Assembly (NCBI GenBank): GCA_039208735.1
Contig: JBCCQY010000051.1
Location: 1-55,389 of the forward strand
Length of the DNA: 55,389 nt
From: Myxococcota bacterium
Lineage (GTDB): Bacteria > Myxococcota_A > UBA796 > GCA-2862545
Reading direction: 5' to 3'
Shown here in pieces: positions 27,595 to 41,792 of the stretch (positions within the stretch are counted from its first letter, which is position 1; each line of letters opens with the position of its first letter). The notes beneath the pieces were generated by a model. It made no database searches and was not told the DNA's origin. It saw only the letters and a program-made list of their open reading frames with translations. A program made the position numbers and the translations under genes.

Positions 27595-27771
27595 CTCGCT
27601 CTCCGTGGCATGGCCCGGCCAACCTCGCCGGAGCCGCGTTCCACTATCGGATTGCCGGAAGGTCCGAGACGCCATCGGTTTGGTGAATGGCGGCGATAGG
27701 GGGAAGCGAATTCGCGAAGGACGTACGGCCAGATACAGATTGGCACCGCTTCATCGCTTCAGGAGGCCAAG

Positions 27772-30510
<2,739 letters not shown>

Positions 30511-30584
30511 ACACGGGGTTTTGAAGGTCCGGGGGGAGATCTGACCAAAAGCTCAAGTTTAGAGGGTGATACACTCATAGAGCG

Positions 30585-32330
30585 ATGCGTTCTTCCTCCG
30601 ATCTCTCAGCCCGAGGGCCCCGTCCCGCCAGTCGAGCGGCGCCCAGCATCGGTCGAGGCCGGTATGCGCTGGTGGCAAAGATTGCCGAAGGCGGCATGGC
30701 CGGGGTCTACCGCGCATGGGACGCCCAGCTCAAGGCTTGGCGTGCCATCAAGGTGCTCCTCCCCGAGTATGCAAACCGGCCGACCTTGCGGGGGCGGTTC
30801 GAGCGGGAAGCCGCGACGATGGCTCGATTGTCGTCGCCCCACATCATTCGGGTGTTTGATGTAGTGCAGGACGAAGCGCTCCCCTTCATGGTCATGGAAC
30901 TCGCCGAGGGGGGCACCCTGGTCGGGTGGCTCGATGCTTACCGCCGCATGCCGGCCTCGTTGGCCTGCGATGTGTTGGAGCAGGTGGCGGCGGGCCTGGC
31001 CGTGGCCCATCGCCATGGCGTGGTGCATCGCGACGTGAAGCCCCACAACGTACTGATCACCCTGGATGGCCAGTGCAAACTGACGGATTTTGGGATTGCC
31101 CAAGTCCGGATGCACGAGCGGGCCGAAGAGATGACCCGCACGGGCTCGACGATGGGCACCGTGGGCTACATGGCGCCCGAGCAGCGTGCCGACGCCAAAA
31201 CGGTCGATGCACGGGCAGACATCTACAGTCTTGGTGCGGTGTTGTTCAAGCTCATCACTGGCACCATCATGAGCGACCTCTTCCTCATGGAGCACCAACC
31301 GGAGTTGCTCGATGAGGTGCCGGACGTCTTGCACGAAGTGATCGTGCGGGCCTGCTACTACGACCGAGGACGCCGGTTTCCGACCGCCGAGGCGTTCAGC
31401 GACACCCTGCGGCAGGTGCGTGCGTTGCTGCCGACCGACCCGCGGGACACGCCACCGCTCATCATTCCGGTGGCCGATGCGCCGACGGAACCCGGAGAGC
31501 GGCCGTTCCCCGAGATTGCCGTGCTGCTCGATGCACAGGCGAAGACCCCGGTATCGATGGATTCTCTGGCGCCCACGCGGCCAGCATCGCCGGTGCGTTC
31601 GGTGACTCCATCGTCTTCGTCGAGTTCCTCTGGTGCGTCGTACCATATGCCGGTGACGCATCCTGCTGCCGATGCGCCCCTGTACGCCTCGTTTCCTCCC
31701 GAGACCGAGACCTCGGGGGTGCGCTCCGGTTTTGTCGCTCCGGCCGGCTACGAACTCGAGTCGTTGCCGCCGTCGCCATCGGGCTCGAGCGACGGGCCGG
31801 GGTTGGTTTCAGGTCAGCACCGGTTGTCGCTCGACGACGACGATGCGTTTGAGGCGACGCAAGCCGTGGTTCGCCGATGGGCGATGTTGTTCGGTGCGAT
31901 CAGCTTGCTGGTGTTGTTTGTGGTGGTGGGCAGCACGCTGATGGTGCGCCTTGCCGTATACCAGGCCACCGCAGCGCGGACGGCGCTTTACGACGTGTTG
32001 CTTGAGGAACGAAGCATCTTGTCGGACCTTGAACGCGTGGGGCTCGAGTCCGCAGTCGTGGAAGAACTTCACGAGCACTACATGGCCTTCGAAGACGCCG
32101 AGCAGGAGCCTGAACGGCTGGTCCGAGCGGCGGCGTACGTTCAGGCGTTGCAGGCTCGGGCGCGGCCCGTGCTCCATGGCAGCACCCCGAACGGGTTGGT
32201 GCGGGCGAGAGCCTCGACCATCGAGGCGGCCTACCTTGCCGCCGCACGTGCCCATAGCGGGGCGGTGCAGGCCACACGCACGATGCCCGGCCGCGTGGCG
32301 CTTCGCTTAGGTCTTGTCGAGCGCCCCTGA
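30585..32330 (+). CDS. Membrane-anchored Ser/Thr protein kinase
   Basis: AEGGMAGVY, AIK, HRDVKPHN, DFG, GTVGYMAPE, DIYSLG; Pro/Ser linker, one TM, helical C-terminus. Confidence 0.93.
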   Translation: MRSSSDLSARGPRPASRAAPSIGRGRYALVAKIAEGGMAGVYRAWDAQLKAWRAIKVLLPEYANRPTLRGRFEREAATMARLSSPHIIRVFDVVQDEALPFMVMELAEGGTLVGWLDAYRRMPASLACDVLEQVAAGLAVAHRHGVVHRDVKPHNVLITLDGQCKLTDFGIAQVRMHERAEEMTRTGSTMGTVGYMAPEQRADAKTVDARADIYSLGAVLFKLITGTIMSDLFLMEHQPELLDEVPDVLHEVIVRACYYDRGRRFPTAEAFSDTLRQVRALLPTDPRDTPPLIIPVADAPTEPGERPFPEIAVLLDAQAKTPVSMDSLAPTRPASPVRSVTPSSSSSSSGASYHMPVTHPAADAPLYASFPPETETSGVRSGFVAPAGYELESLPPSPSGSSDGPGLVSGQHRLSLDDDDAFEATQAVVRRWAMLFGAISLLVLFVVVGSTLMVRLAVYQATAARTALYDVLLEERSILSDLERVGLESAVVEELHEHYMAFEDAEQEPERLVRAAAYVQALQARARPVLHGSTPNGLVRARASTIEAAYLAAARAHSGAVQATRTMPGRVALRLGLVERP

Positions 32331-32861
32331 GCGAAGGCTTTCGAGACGACGTCGCTCGGCCGCGACCGAAGCAGGCACTGCAGGGGCGGCCTGGGCCTCT
32401 TTTACGGCGAGGTAGAGGGCTCGATACAGCCAAGCTCCCGAACCATCGTGAACTTGCACGAAGAAAGGCACGATTTGCCCATCCTTCAGCTCGATCTCGA
32501 GGAGGGTCCGCCGCAGGCGTACGTTCGCGATGGCGGTGAGGGGGTGCGAGACCCGTTGCGAGCCGAAGAGGGTGACGCTGCCCCCTCGGATCACCATGCG
32601 GCGTGGCCATGTCAGGGCCGCCCCGATGCCGAACCCCACGCCGAACAGGTAGACCGCAGCCAGCACAATCGCGATGAACAGGCCGACATGAGGGACGCTG
32701 AAGGCCACGAAGACGAGCCAGAGCACCCCCGCCATCGACAGTGCGATCGAGGCCAGCACAGCGACGGCTCGACCGGGTTGGGTGGAGGCCTCGAAGCCAT
32801 CGTGCGTCCAAGTGACGTTGAGGCTCTCCGGGGGATCTTCGAGTCCCGCAGGGCGCGCCAT
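32307..32861 (-). CDS. Hypothetical membrane protein (2 TM plus small beta-rich domain)
   Basis: ATG 32861 overlaps the iaaA stop (TGATG); two hydrophobic helices. Confidence 0.65.
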   Translation of the reverse strand: MARPAGLEDPPESLNVTWTHDGFEASTQPGRAVAVLASIALSMAGVLWLVFVAFSVPHVGLFIAIVLAAVYLFGVGFGIGAALTWPRRMVIRGGSVTLFGSQRVSHPLTAIANVRLRRTLLEIELKDGQIVPFFVQVHDGSGAWLYRALYLAVKEAQAAPAVPASVAAERRRLESLRSGALDKT

Positions 32862-33781
32862 CAGCGGGCTTTCCAAATGGCGACTTGCGCGGTTTCCCCT
32901 TCGCGTTGGGCCGCGCGGAACATGCCCGCCGTGTTGAAGGGCATCGCGATGTTCCCATATCGGTCGACTGCGATGAGTCCCCCTTCACCCTCGAGATCGT
33001 CGTGGATCGTCGCCTGGCTTGCCGTCCTTAGGTCCTCGCCGAGCAGTTCCATGCGGGTGGCCACCCGCCGGGCCGCGCCGAGCACGGCAAGCGGCTCCCC
33101 ATGGCCGGTGGCACTCGCGGCGCATCGCCCGTCCGCCCACGTCCCGGCGCCAACGAGCGGAGAATCTCCGATGCGGCCCGGCCACTTGTTCGTCATGCCC
33201 CCGGTCGAGGTGGCGGCGGCGAGATGCCCGTGCGCGTCGCACACCACGGCACCGACCGTTCCGTACACATCCTGCTCCCCTCCACCATGGTCGAGTTGAA
33301 ACCGTCCCTTGGCTCGGGCTCGCGTCAGTTGTTCGACGCGTTCGGGCAAGATGAAGTCCGCGTTGTCGCAGCGGGCCAAGCCCTCGCGATCGGCGAAGGC
33401 CTCGGCGTTCGGGCCTGCGACATAGACGTGGGGGGACCGTTCCAGCACAGCCCGCGCCAGTCGAACCGGATTGCGCACCGTGCGTACGAGGCTCACCGCG
33501 CCGAAGCGAGCGTCGAGCCCATTCATCACAGAGGCTTCCAGTTCGACGGAGCCGTCCGCGGCCAGGACCGCACCATGACCCGCGTTAAACCTGGGGTCAT
33601 CCTCAAGTGCGGCCACGGTGTCGACCGCCACGTCAAGGGCGGTCGTGCCTTGAGCGAGGGCCTCGGCTCCCTGGGTGATGATGCGATGAAGGGCGGCTTC
33701 ACAGGCAGCACGCCGTTCTTCGGTCAGGGAGTCGCGGCGCACCAACCCGGCGCCGCCATGAATCGCAATGGCAAACGGCAT
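32861..33781 (-). CDS. iaaA: Isoaspartyl peptidase / plant-type L-asparaginase
   Basis: IAIHGGAG, LEDDPRFNAG, GTVGAV (Thr nucleophile), AATSTGGMTNKWPGRIGDSP, FNTAGMFR. Confidence 0.95.
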   Translation of the reverse strand: MPFAIAIHGGAGLVRRDSLTEERRAACEAALHRIITQGAEALAQGTTALDVAVDTVAALEDDPRFNAGHGAVLAADGSVELEASVMNGLDARFGAVSLVRTVRNPVRLARAVLERSPHVYVAGPNAEAFADREGLARCDNADFILPERVEQLTRARAKGRFQLDHGGGEQDVYGTVGAVVCDAHGHLAAATSTGGMTNKWPGRIGDSPLVGAGTWADGRCAASATGHGEPLAVLGAARRVATRMELLGEDLRTASQATIHDDLEGEGGLIAVDRYGNIAMPFNTAGMFRAAQREGETAQVAIWKAR

Positions 33782-33851
33782 TCTGTGACTCTACCGCTCG
33801 CTTCACCGATCCCAAAGCGCGGGTCTGGGGTCGTCGGGTTACCGACCGCCG

Positions 33852-36800
33852 ATGCAGATCGTCCTGGGTGGTCCCCACTTGTCCGAGCCGCGGCGCCAAG
33901 CTGTTGTCGCGGCGATGCAGGCTCGCGTACCCGAAATTGAGGACGCCTGGGCCGATACCGTGCATCTCGTCGACGAGATCCGAAGCCTCGGGAGCGCCGA
34001 GCACACGGTCCTTGAAAGCCTGCTGACGTACGGTGGGCGGGTGAAGGTGGATCGCCGTGGCAACCATCGGCTTTTCGTGATCCCGCGCATCGGTACCATC
34101 TCACCGTGGTCGACCAAGGCCACCGACATTGCTCACGCTGCGGGCCTCGATGCGACGGTGCGACGCATCGAACGAGCCATCCGCTGGACATTTCAGCTCT
34201 CATCGGGCCGACTGCACCGCGAGTCCGTGGGTGACTTGATCCACGATCGGATGTTGCAGGATGTTCTCACCGATATTGGCGAGGCCAAGGCGCTGTTCGA
34301 GCAGCTGCCTCCTCGTCGGCTCGGTCGGATCGATCGACTGCAGCTGATCGAAGCCAACGAGTCGATGGGGCTTGCCTTGTCCGCTCCCGAAATCCGCTAC
34401 CTTGCCGCGGCATTTCAGGGCATGAAGCGCGACCCCACCGACGCCGAACTCATGATGTTCGCCCAGGCAAACTCGGAGCATTGCCGCCACAAGACCTTCA
34501 ACGCGAGTTGGGTCCTCGACGGGGAAATCGCCGAGCGTTCGCTATTCGAGATGATTCGCCACACGTACACCCAGTACGTGGCGGCGGGGGTCTTAGGCGA
34601 ACGGGCTCCTGGCCGGGTGCTATCGGCGTACCGTGACAATGCGGCGGTGATCAGCGGCTATCGCGCGGCTCGGGTCGTGCCAGATCCCGACTCGGGGCAC
34701 TACCGGGCGGAACCCGAGGGGCCCCAGCATCTCGTGGTGAAGGTGGAGACGCACAACCATCCGACCGCGATCAGCCCCGATCCCGGTGCGGCTACGGGCT
34801 CGGGCGGCGAGATCCGGGACGAAGGGGCGACCGGCCGAGGTGCGACGCCGAAGATGGGTCTGACGGGTTTTGCAACCTCGCACCTCCGCATTCCCGGCCT
34901 AGAAGAGCCCTGGGAAGCTGCCGACGTGGGACGGCCCGAGCGCATTGCATCGCCCCTCCAGATCATGACCGAGGGGCCCATCGGGGCTGCTTCGTTCAAC
35001 AACGAGTTCGGGCGCCCCGCCTTGACGGGGTTCTTTCGAACCTTCGAGGCCACGCTCGAGACCGATGCGGCGGTTCCCCATCGGGGGTACCTCAAGCCCA
35101 TCATGTTGGCGGGAGGGCTCGGCAACATCGCGCCCGAGCACGTCCACAAGCGGCGCCTGGAGGCGGGCGCGGTGGTCATCGTAATCGGTGGCCCGGCGAT
35201 GAAAATCGGTCTCGGCGGCGGGTCGGCGAGTTCGCTTGCGCAGGGCGTGCAGAATGCGGATCTCGATTTTGCTTCGGTCCAGCGTGCGAATCCCGAGATG
35301 CAGCGGCGTGTGCAAGAGGTCATCGACCGGTGCCAGGCGTTGGGCGGCGACAATCCTATCCTTTCCATCCATGATGTTGGGGCAGGAGGGCTTTCCAACG
35401 CATTGCCAGAATTGCTTCATGATGGCGGCGTGGGCGGACACCTGAATCTACGGCAGATCCCGAACGCAGAACCGGGGCTTGCGCCGCACGAGATTTGGTG
35501 CAACGAGGCGCAGGAGCGCTACGTTCTCGCCATTCACCCCAAGGACCTCGACCGGTTCTTGGTGCTGTGTGCACGCGAACGCTGTCCCGTGGCCGTGTTG
35601 GGGCGGGCGACGGATGAACCCCACCTACGGGTGGAAGACCCGCTGCTTGGCGATCCGGTTGTCGACATGCCACTTTCGGTGCTCTTCGGGGATCCGCCCG
35701 CGCTGAAGAAGAAGGCCCAATCCTCGCCGTTAGGGGAAGCCCCATTCGACGCAGACGGCATCGACCTTGCCGAGGCCGCCTTGCGGGTGTTGCGATTCCC
35801 CGCCGTGGCCGACAAGACCTTTCTTGTGACGATTGGCGACCGGTCGATCGGAGGGTTGGTGGCTCGGGATCCGATGGTCGGGCCGTACCAAGTGCCGGTG
35901 GCCGATGTCGCGGTGACCGCGTCAGGCCACGCCACCACAACGGGCGAAGCCATGGCGATGGGGGAACGCCTACCGTTGTCCTTGTTGTCGGGCCCGGCTG
36001 CCGCCCGCATGGCGGTCGGTGAGGCGCTGACCAACTTGGCCGCGGCCCCGGTGACCCAGATCGAGCAAATCGCGTTGTCCGCGAACTGGATGGCTAGCGG
36101 CGGCGATCCTGGCGATGACGTGGTGTTGTTTGAGATGGTGCGCACGATCGGCCTCGAGCTGTGCCCTGCGCTGGGCATCAGCATTCCCGTGGGCAAGGAC
36201 TCCATGTCGATGCGCACCCAGTGGCGCGACGCCGAGGGGGAGCCCCAACGAGTCAGTGCTCCCGTGTCGCTCGTCGTCTCGGCCTTCGCGCCCTGCGCCG
36301 ACGTGACGCGGGTGCTCACGCCGCAGTTGTCCTCGGAGCCCGACACCGTTCTGTTGCTCGTCGATCTTGGCGATGGACGCAATCGGCTTGGCGGGTCGGT
36401 GCTCGCTCAGGTCTTCGGGGGTCTAGGAGCCGAACCGCCCGACCTTGACGAGCCCAACTTGCTCTCCGGTTTCTTCGCGGCGATTCAGGACTTGAACGAA
36501 GCGGGCCGGCTGCTCGCCTATCACGACCGGTCGGACGGTGGATTGCTCGCCTGCCTGGCCGAGATGGCGTTTGCTTCGCGTCTTGGCCTCGCGATTGACC
36601 TGGCGACGGCGGATCCCCTCGGAACGTTGTTTACCGAAGAACTCGGCGCCGTGGTCCAGGTTCGTGAGGACGACGTGGACGACGTCTTGCAGACGTTCGC
36701 GGGCCATGGGCTTGGCGACTTGGTCACGAGGATTGGTCGGGCCAACGAGGGCGACCGTTTTGTGGTCACTCATGGCGAGGAAGAGCCTGTCCTCGACCTG

Positions 36801-37832
36801 ACGCGCGAGGAACTTCGAGCCGCATGGTCGACGGTCACGCACCAGCTTCAACGGCGCCGCGACGACGCCACCTGTGCCGACGAAGAGCACCGCATGCGCC
36901 TCGAAGAGGTTCCGCTCGTCGTGGAATGGCCCGAGGACGCGCCACGGCCCAGCGCATTGGTGGGCTTGGTGGCAGCAGCGGATGACCGACCCAAAGTGGG
37001 GATTTTGCGCGAGCAAGGGACCAACGGGCACCGCGAGATGGCGGTCGCGTTCTTGCGAGCCGGGTTTCATGCGGTCGACCTGCACATGTCCGACCTGATG
37101 AACGGCGATCGCACGCTCGACGACCTGCAGGGCCTTGCATGGTGTGGAGGGTTCTCGTTTGGCGACGTGCTGGGCGCGGGCGAAGGCTGGGCCAAGTCGA
37201 TCTTGCATCAGCCACGCCTCAAAGAGGCCTTTGCGCGATTCTTTGCTCGCGACGATGCGTTTTCACTTGGGGTGTGCAACGGCTGCCAAGCCCTGTCGGC
37301 GCTCCATCCGATCCTCGAAGGGGCAGAGCAATGGCCTGCTTTCGTTACGAATCGGTCGGAACGGTTCGAAGCGAGGGTGTCGGTCCTGCGTATCGAAGAT
37401 TCGCCGTCCATCCTCTTCAAGGGCCTCGTGGGGGCTCGTTTGCCTGTGCCCATTGCGCATGGGGAAGGTCGGGCGCGCTTCCGGGATGACGCGAGTGCCC
37501 ACTCCATGCCGGGCGAGTTGGTGGTGGCTCGCTACGTCGACCACGAGGGCAACGTGGCGGTGCGGTATCCCCAAAACCCCAATGGCTCTGAGGCCGGCAT
37601 GGCCGCGCTCACGACCCCCGATGGCCGCACCACCGTGCTCATGCCCCACCCCGAGCGGGCCATCCGTTGGCCCATGCTTTCGTGGTGCCCGCCAGATTGG
37701 AAAGCTGAGTCGCTCGATAGCCCCTGGCTGACCGTGTTTACCAACGCCTACGCTTGGGTGACAGGCTCACGACCGGCGCCGCCCGAAGTCGGCGGGGACG
37801 TTGACGAGGCTGGTGACGAGGAAGCCGGGTAG
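33852..37832 (+). CDS. purL: Phosphoribosylformylglycinamidine synthase (large single-chain type)
   Basis: [75 protein letters not shown]. Confidence 0.98.
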   Translation: MQIVLGGPHLSEPRRQAVVAAMQARVPEIEDAWADTVHLVDEIRSLGSAEHTVLESLLTYGGRVKVDRRGNHRLFVIPRIGTISPWSTKATDIAHAAGLDATVRRIERAIRWTFQLSSGRLHRESVGDLIHDRMLQDVLTDIGEAKALFEQLPPRRLGRIDRLQLIEANESMGLALSAPEIRYLAAAFQGMKRDPTDAELMMFAQANSEHCRHKTFNASWVLDGEIAERSLFEMIRHTYTQYVAAGVLGERAPGRVLSAYRDNAAVISGYRAARVVPDPDSGHYRAEPEGPQHLVVKVETHNHPTAISPDPGAATGSGGEIRDEGATGRGATPKMGLTGFATSHLRIPGLEEPWEAADVGRPERIASPLQIMTEGPIGAASFNNEFGRPALTGFFRTFEATLETDAAVPHRGYLKPIMLAGGLGNIAPEHVHKRRLEAGAVVIVIGGPAMKIGLGGGSASSLAQGVQNADLDFASVQRANPEMQRRVQEVIDRCQALGGDNPILSIHDVGAGGLSNALPELLHDGGVGGHLNLRQIPNAEPGLAPHEIWCNEAQERYVLAIHPKDLDRFLVLCARERCPVAVLGRATDEPHLRVEDPLLGDPVVDMPLSVLFGDPPALKKKAQSSPLGEAPFDADGIDLAEAALRVLRFPAVADKTFLVTIGDRSIGGLVARDPMVGPYQVPVADVAVTASGHATTTGEAMAMGERLPLSLLSGPAAARMAVGEALTNLAAAPVTQIEQIALSANWMASGGDPGDDVVLFEMVRTIGLELCPALGISIPVGKDSMSMRTQWRDAEGEPQRVSAPVSLVVSAFAPCADVTRVLTPQLSSEPDTVLLLVDLGDGRNRLGGSVLAQVFGGLGAEPPDLDEPNLLSGFFAAIQDLNEAGRLLAYHDRSDGGLLACLAEMAFASRLGLAIDLATADPLGTLFTEELGAVVQVREDDVDDVLQTFAGHGLGDLVTRIGRANEGDRFVVTHGEEEPVLDLTREELRAAWSTVTHQLQRRRDDATCADEEHRMRLEEVPLVVEWPEDAPRPSALVGLVAAADDRPKVGILREQGTNGHREMAVAFLRAGFHAVDLHMSDLMNGDRTLDDLQGLAWCGGFSFGDVLGAGEGWAKSILHQPRLKEAFARFFARDDAFSLGVCNGCQALSALHPILEGAEQWPAFVTNRSERFEARVSVLRIEDSPSILFKGLVGARLPVPIAHGEGRARFRDDASAHSMPGELVVARYVDHEGNVAVRYPQNPNGSEAGMAALTTPDGRTTVLMPHPERAIRWPMLSWCPPDWKAESLDSPWLTVFTNAYAWVTGSRPAPPEVGGDVDEAGDEEAG

Positions 37833-39074
37833 GGTCGCGACCACCACCCACACGAAAAAACCCAGGTAGCCCAGCTGCTCTTGGACGTAGCCGCTCCAAA
37901 ACGAGGCCAGCGAGACCGCCAGCGCCATGAGGCCGGTCGCAAAGGCGTAGTGCGCTGTCTTGAAGGGACCATCGGCGAATTTGATCAGGTACATCATGTA
38001 GGCGGTGAACCCAAAGCCATAGCCGAAGGACTCGATGCCGATTCCCGTGCAAATGACGAGGTAGTCCTGAGGCTGGGCCCAGGCGAGGTAGACGTAGACG
38101 AGGTTGGGCACATTGATGGCCAAGGCCATGGGCCACAACCAGGCTTTCAGCCCGTCGCGGTAGATCGCGAGGCCCCCCAAGATGCCGCCGAGGGTGAGGG
38201 CGCCAAGGCCGACCGTGCCCTTCGCGATGGCCGCTTCCTGCGGGCTCAGGCCAAGCCCTCCGACCTCCAACGGGTCAAGCAGGAACGGGTAGAGCAGTTT
38301 GGCCATGTGATTTTCGGCAAAGCGGAAGAAGCCGATGAACAGTAAGGCGACGCCGATGTCGGACTTGGCGACGAAGGTCTTGACCGTCTCGCGGGCGATG
38401 GCGAAGGTGTCCTGCCCGGGCCTTGGGACGTCATCGGGCGCCGTGGGCAAGATGAAGTAATGCCAGAGCGCGGCGACCCCGAAGATGCCTGCACTGCTCG
38501 CCAGCACAGCGCTCCACGCCATTCCCGCCGATCCCCACGCTTCGGCGAGCGCCCCCGCCGCATAGATGAGCACCGACTCCCCAAAAAACGGAGCCAGGCG
38601 CCAAGCCGTGCTTCGGACCCCGACGAACGCGGATTGCTGGTCGTCGCGGAGGGCCACCATGTACAAGCCATCCGCCGCAATGTCGTGCGTCGCCGACAGA
38701 AATGCGAGCACGAAGAAACCGAGGAGAGAGGCCTCGAAGTACCAAGGGAGAGGCAGGGTTGCGGCGATGAACAACAAGACGGGGGCCATGGCGAGTTGCA
38801 TCGCCACCGTCCACCGTCGCTTTGTCGACACCCCGTCGACGAAGGGGCTCCAGAACGCCTTGAACGCCCAGATGAGGCCAAGCCAGCTCGTCCAAAAGGC
38901 CATCGTCGCATTGGAGACGCCAAGCGTCTTGTAGAGCACCACCGACAGCTGATTGACGATGACGTAGGGCAGGCCCTGAATAAAGTACAGGGTTGAGACA
39001 AAGATGGCGGCGACAGACCAGCGGGTCTCGCCGGTCTGATTGGGGTTCGGATCTGGCGTGTCGGGTGTGTCCAT
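37767..39074 (-). CDS. AmpG-like MFS transporter
   Basis: [37 protein letters not shown]; about 12 TMs. Start taken at ATG 39074; the upstream ORF extension is antisense to the Na/Pi symporter. Confidence 0.88.
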   Translation of the reverse strand: MDTPDTPDPNPNQTGETRWSVAAIFVSTLYFIQGLPYVIVNQLSVVLYKTLGVSNATMAFWTSWLGLIWAFKAFWSPFVDGVSTKRRWTVAMQLAMAPVLLFIAATLPLPWYFEASLLGFFVLAFLSATHDIAADGLYMVALRDDQQSAFVGVRSTAWRLAPFFGESVLIYAAGALAEAWGSAGMAWSAVLASSAGIFGVAALWHYFILPTAPDDVPRPGQDTFAIARETVKTFVAKSDIGVALLFIGFFRFAENHMAKLLYPFLLDPLEVGGLGLSPQEAAIAKGTVGLGALTLGGILGGLAIYRDGLKAWLWPMALAINVPNLVYVYLAWAQPQDYLVICTGIGIESFGYGFGFTAYMMYLIKFADGPFKTAHYAFATGLMALAVSLASFWSGYVQEQLGYLGFFVWVVVATLPGFLVTSLVNVPADFGRRRS

Positions 39075-39218
39075 GGCCCACTCTACGGCGGTTCGTGGCA
39101 GCTCGGTAAAAGCGATCGTCGCACGCGAGCCGTTCGCGTCCGATTGGCATAGGGGCCCCCCCGGGCCGGACGCGCCGGGGTGATCCACCCTTGCGGGACC
39201 CGAGAATCCGTCAGGGGG

Positions 39219-40502
39219 ATGTTGATGAATCGCGGACTCCGAATCGCACTGGTGGTGCTGTTCGGCTACCTGTTCTTCCTCGCCATCGATGCGATCGGTA
39301 CAGGGATGAAGACGAGCTTCAAGGAGCCCGTCAAGCTGTTCATCGAACAGAACGCCGACACGCTGACCGAGTTGGTGTCGTTCGTGCTCGGCATTTTGGG
39401 CACGGCCCTCATTCAGTCGTCGAGTTCGGTGACGTCGATGTGCGTGAAGTTCGTTGAGGAGGGGGTGTTGCCCTTGTTCCTCGCCGCGGGAATCGTCCAC
39501 GGGGCCAACCTCGGTACCTCGGTGACGTCGAGCATCGTCGCGTTTGCGTCCGAAACGAAGCCGCTCACCGGCAATCCCATCCGGGACCTCCGCACGTTGC
39601 TGTTCGAACCCCGCGCCGAAGGGTTTGAACGGGCCGTGGGCACCGCCGTCGTCCATGACATGTTCAACATCATCATGGTGACGTCGATCCTGCTCCTCTT
39701 GGAGCTGCCGTTTGCCTTCATCCTGCGCACCTCCGAATGGGCCGCCACGCAGCTGGAGTCGATGACGACGTCGTACGCGGGGATCAAGGAAGTCCTCGTG
39801 TGGATCAAGCCATCGACCTACACGGGCCCCATCGTTGACGGCATGATCGACAGCGGCGTGCCGGGCTGGGCCGTGGCGCTGATTGGGGTGCCGCTTTTGT
39901 TCTTCGCGCTCAACCGGTTCACGCAAGGGATGAAAGGCATCCTTCTTGAAGGCGTGGATCTCACCGATGGGCGCCAGGTCGGGGAAGCGCTGCTCGGCAG
40001 GTCGGATCTGCGAACCTTCGCCACCGGCCTCGTCATTACGATTTTGGTGCAGAGCAGCTCAGCGACCACCTCGTTGGTGGTTCCGCTGGCCGCCCTCGGC
40101 TTGTTTGGGGTGCGTCGAATCTTCCCGTTCATCCTGGGCGCGAACATCGGCACCACCACCACGGCGGTGCTTACCGCGACGGGCGCCATCGGTTCGGCGG
40201 GCTTCCACGACAGCATGACCATCGCCATCAGCCACCTGTGGCTGAACACGTTGGCCGTCCTCTTGGCGGTGGCCATCCCGGGCCTTCAGAACCGCATCCT
40301 GGGGTCCGCACGATGGTTGGCCCACCACTCCGCCAAGAATCCCATCGTGCTCCTCGGCTACCTGCTCACGCTCATCGTGGTGGTGCCCTTGGTCGTGTTC
40401 GTGACGCCCACCCCGGTCGCGGCAGCATTCCTCGGGGGCTGCATGCTGCTGTTGTTGTTCGGTCCTCCGCGTGAACTGCGGGAAAATCCAGACGCGTTCT
40501 AG
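39219..40502 (+). CDS. Na+/Pi cotransporter family protein (NptA-like)
   Basis: Duplicated QSSS and GAN(L/I)GT motifs, VHDMFN; start at 39219 or 39225. Confidence 0.9.
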   Translation: MLMNRGLRIALVVLFGYLFFLAIDAIGTGMKTSFKEPVKLFIEQNADTLTELVSFVLGILGTALIQSSSSVTSMCVKFVEEGVLPLFLAAGIVHGANLGTSVTSSIVAFASETKPLTGNPIRDLRTLLFEPRAEGFERAVGTAVVHDMFNIIMVTSILLLLELPFAFILRTSEWAATQLESMTTSYAGIKEVLVWIKPSTYTGPIVDGMIDSGVPGWAVALIGVPLLFFALNRFTQGMKGILLEGVDLTDGRQVGEALLGRSDLRTFATGLVITILVQSSSATTSLVVPLAALGLFGVRRIFPFILGANIGTTTTAVLTATGAIGSAGFHDSMTIAISHLWLNTLAVLLAVAIPGLQNRILGSARWLAHHSAKNPIVLLGYLLTLIVVVPLVVFVTPTPVAAAFLGGCMLLLLFGPPRELRENPDAF

Positions 40503-41698
40503 GCGAGCGGCAGCCGCATCTCGAGGCGGGCCCCCCCAAAGGGTGAGGGCTCGCCAGAAAGTTCGCCGCCGCGCGCGGTCAACAATTGCGACGCGATGGC
40601 GAGGCCAAGCCCACTTCCCGATCGGCCCTCGGCCGTATGCAGCCGAAGGTGGGGCTCTCCAATGCGGGCGTAGTCCCCTTGATCGGGCAGCCCCGGACCG
40701 TCATCGTCGACCCGTGTGACGACGTGTTGGCCCTCGCGGGTTTGGGAGACGCGCACGCATGCGCTCGCAAAGCGCAAGGCGTTGTCGGTCAGATTCACGA
40801 GGCAACGGCGCAGGAGCACCTTGCCAAAGCGTACGGGGGCCGGAACGTCGGTGGGGACGTCGAGTTGCAAACGTACCCCCTGCGGCACCGTCACATGGTC
40901 GCGCACCGCTGCCGCCACGCGAGCTGCGTCAATGACCCGCGTGGGGCCCACCCCCATCTCATCACTGGCCTCTTCGACGAGCGACGTGATGTAGTCGAGA
41001 TTGCGGTGGAGCGTCTTCAGCAATCGGGTGACCGGAGGCTCATCCACGACATAGGCGAGCTGGTCGAGCCCAATGCCCAACGCGGTGAGCGGCGAGCGGA
41101 GGTCGTGCAAGGCCATCCGCGTGGAGGACGTGGTCGCTTCCTGGCTGCTTTGGAGCGTCTCGGAGAGTTTTGAGAGCTGCAGGGCCGAGGCCTGTGCGCG
41201 AGTGAGCTGCCGTCGCAGGTCCATCTCCTGGGCCACCCACGACACCGCATCGGTGAGAACGGCGAGATCGCGATTCGACCACTCCCGGGGTTGGGAATCG
41301 ATGGCACACAATGCACCGAGCGCCAGCCCGTCGTTCGTACGAATCGGCACTCCGGCGTAGGCCGCAATCCTCAACTCGCGATGGGCAGGATGGTTGCGAA
41401 ACCGCGGATGGCGAGAGGCGTCCACCACCACAAGCGGGGTCTCGTCATCGGCGACCACCTTGCAAAAGGACTGGTGGAGAGGCGTCTGCCGGACGGGGCC
41501 CCACAGGTCGTCGCCCCCCACTCGGGCGGCAAAGTACTGTCGCTCACGATCGATGAGGGTGACCAGCGTGATCGGAGCCCCCAACGCAGTGCGGACGAGC
41601 CGGGCGGCCCGCATCAGGGTGGCGTTGGGCTCGTTGTCGAGCAGTCCCGTTTCCCGGACGGCGTCGACCCTTTGGCGATCGCTACCCGATCTCGTCAT
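40499..41698 (-). CDS. Cytoplasmic GAF-domain sensor histidine kinase
   Basis: GAF (SFCKVV, AYAGVPI, LGALCAID..PREW), H-box HDLRSPL, NLTDNA, DDDGPG, GSGLGLAI; GGAGG before ATG 41698. Confidence 0.92.
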   Translation of the reverse strand: MTRSGSDRQRVDAVRETGLLDNEPNATLMRAARLVRTALGAPITLVTLIDRERQYFAARVGGDDLWGPVRQTPLHQSFCKVVADDETPLVVVDASRHPRFRNHPAHRELRIAAYAGVPIRTNDGLALGALCAIDSQPREWSNRDLAVLTDAVSWVAQEMDLRRQLTRAQASALQLSKLSETLQSSQEATTSSTRMALHDLRSPLTALGIGLDQLAYVVDEPPVTRLLKTLHRNLDYITSLVEEASDEMGVGPTRVIDAARVAAAVRDHVTVPQGVRLQLDVPTDVPAPVRFGKVLLRRCLVNLTDNALRFASACVRVSQTREGQHVVTRVDDDGPGLPDQGDYARIGEPHLRLHTAEGRSGSGLGLAIASQLLTARGGELSGEPSPFGGARLEMRLPLA

Positions 41699-41792
41699 CC
41701 GGCCTCCGACCACGGCGGTGCGAAGTATCCCGTCCGAGATCCTCTGCCTCGTTTTGGTCGTTTGGTCGGTTTAAGCTCTGTTACAGGTACCG

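Noticed and set aside
27740..27757. TTGGCAC upstream of acnA as a sigma54 promoter
   Set aside because: No GC at the -12 position with the required spacing, and it is too close to the RBS.
37767..37832. 66-nt convergent overlap of purL and the MFS gene
   Set aside because: Low-complexity tail extension; similar overlaps occur at several convergent junctions in this window.
39075..39926. Apparent N-terminal extension of the MFS ORF
   Set aside because: Antisense to the Na/Pi symporter; not a real fusion.
41753..41768. TTTGGTCG tandem duplication upstream of the GAF kinase
   Set aside because: Only two 8-nt units and no supporting context.
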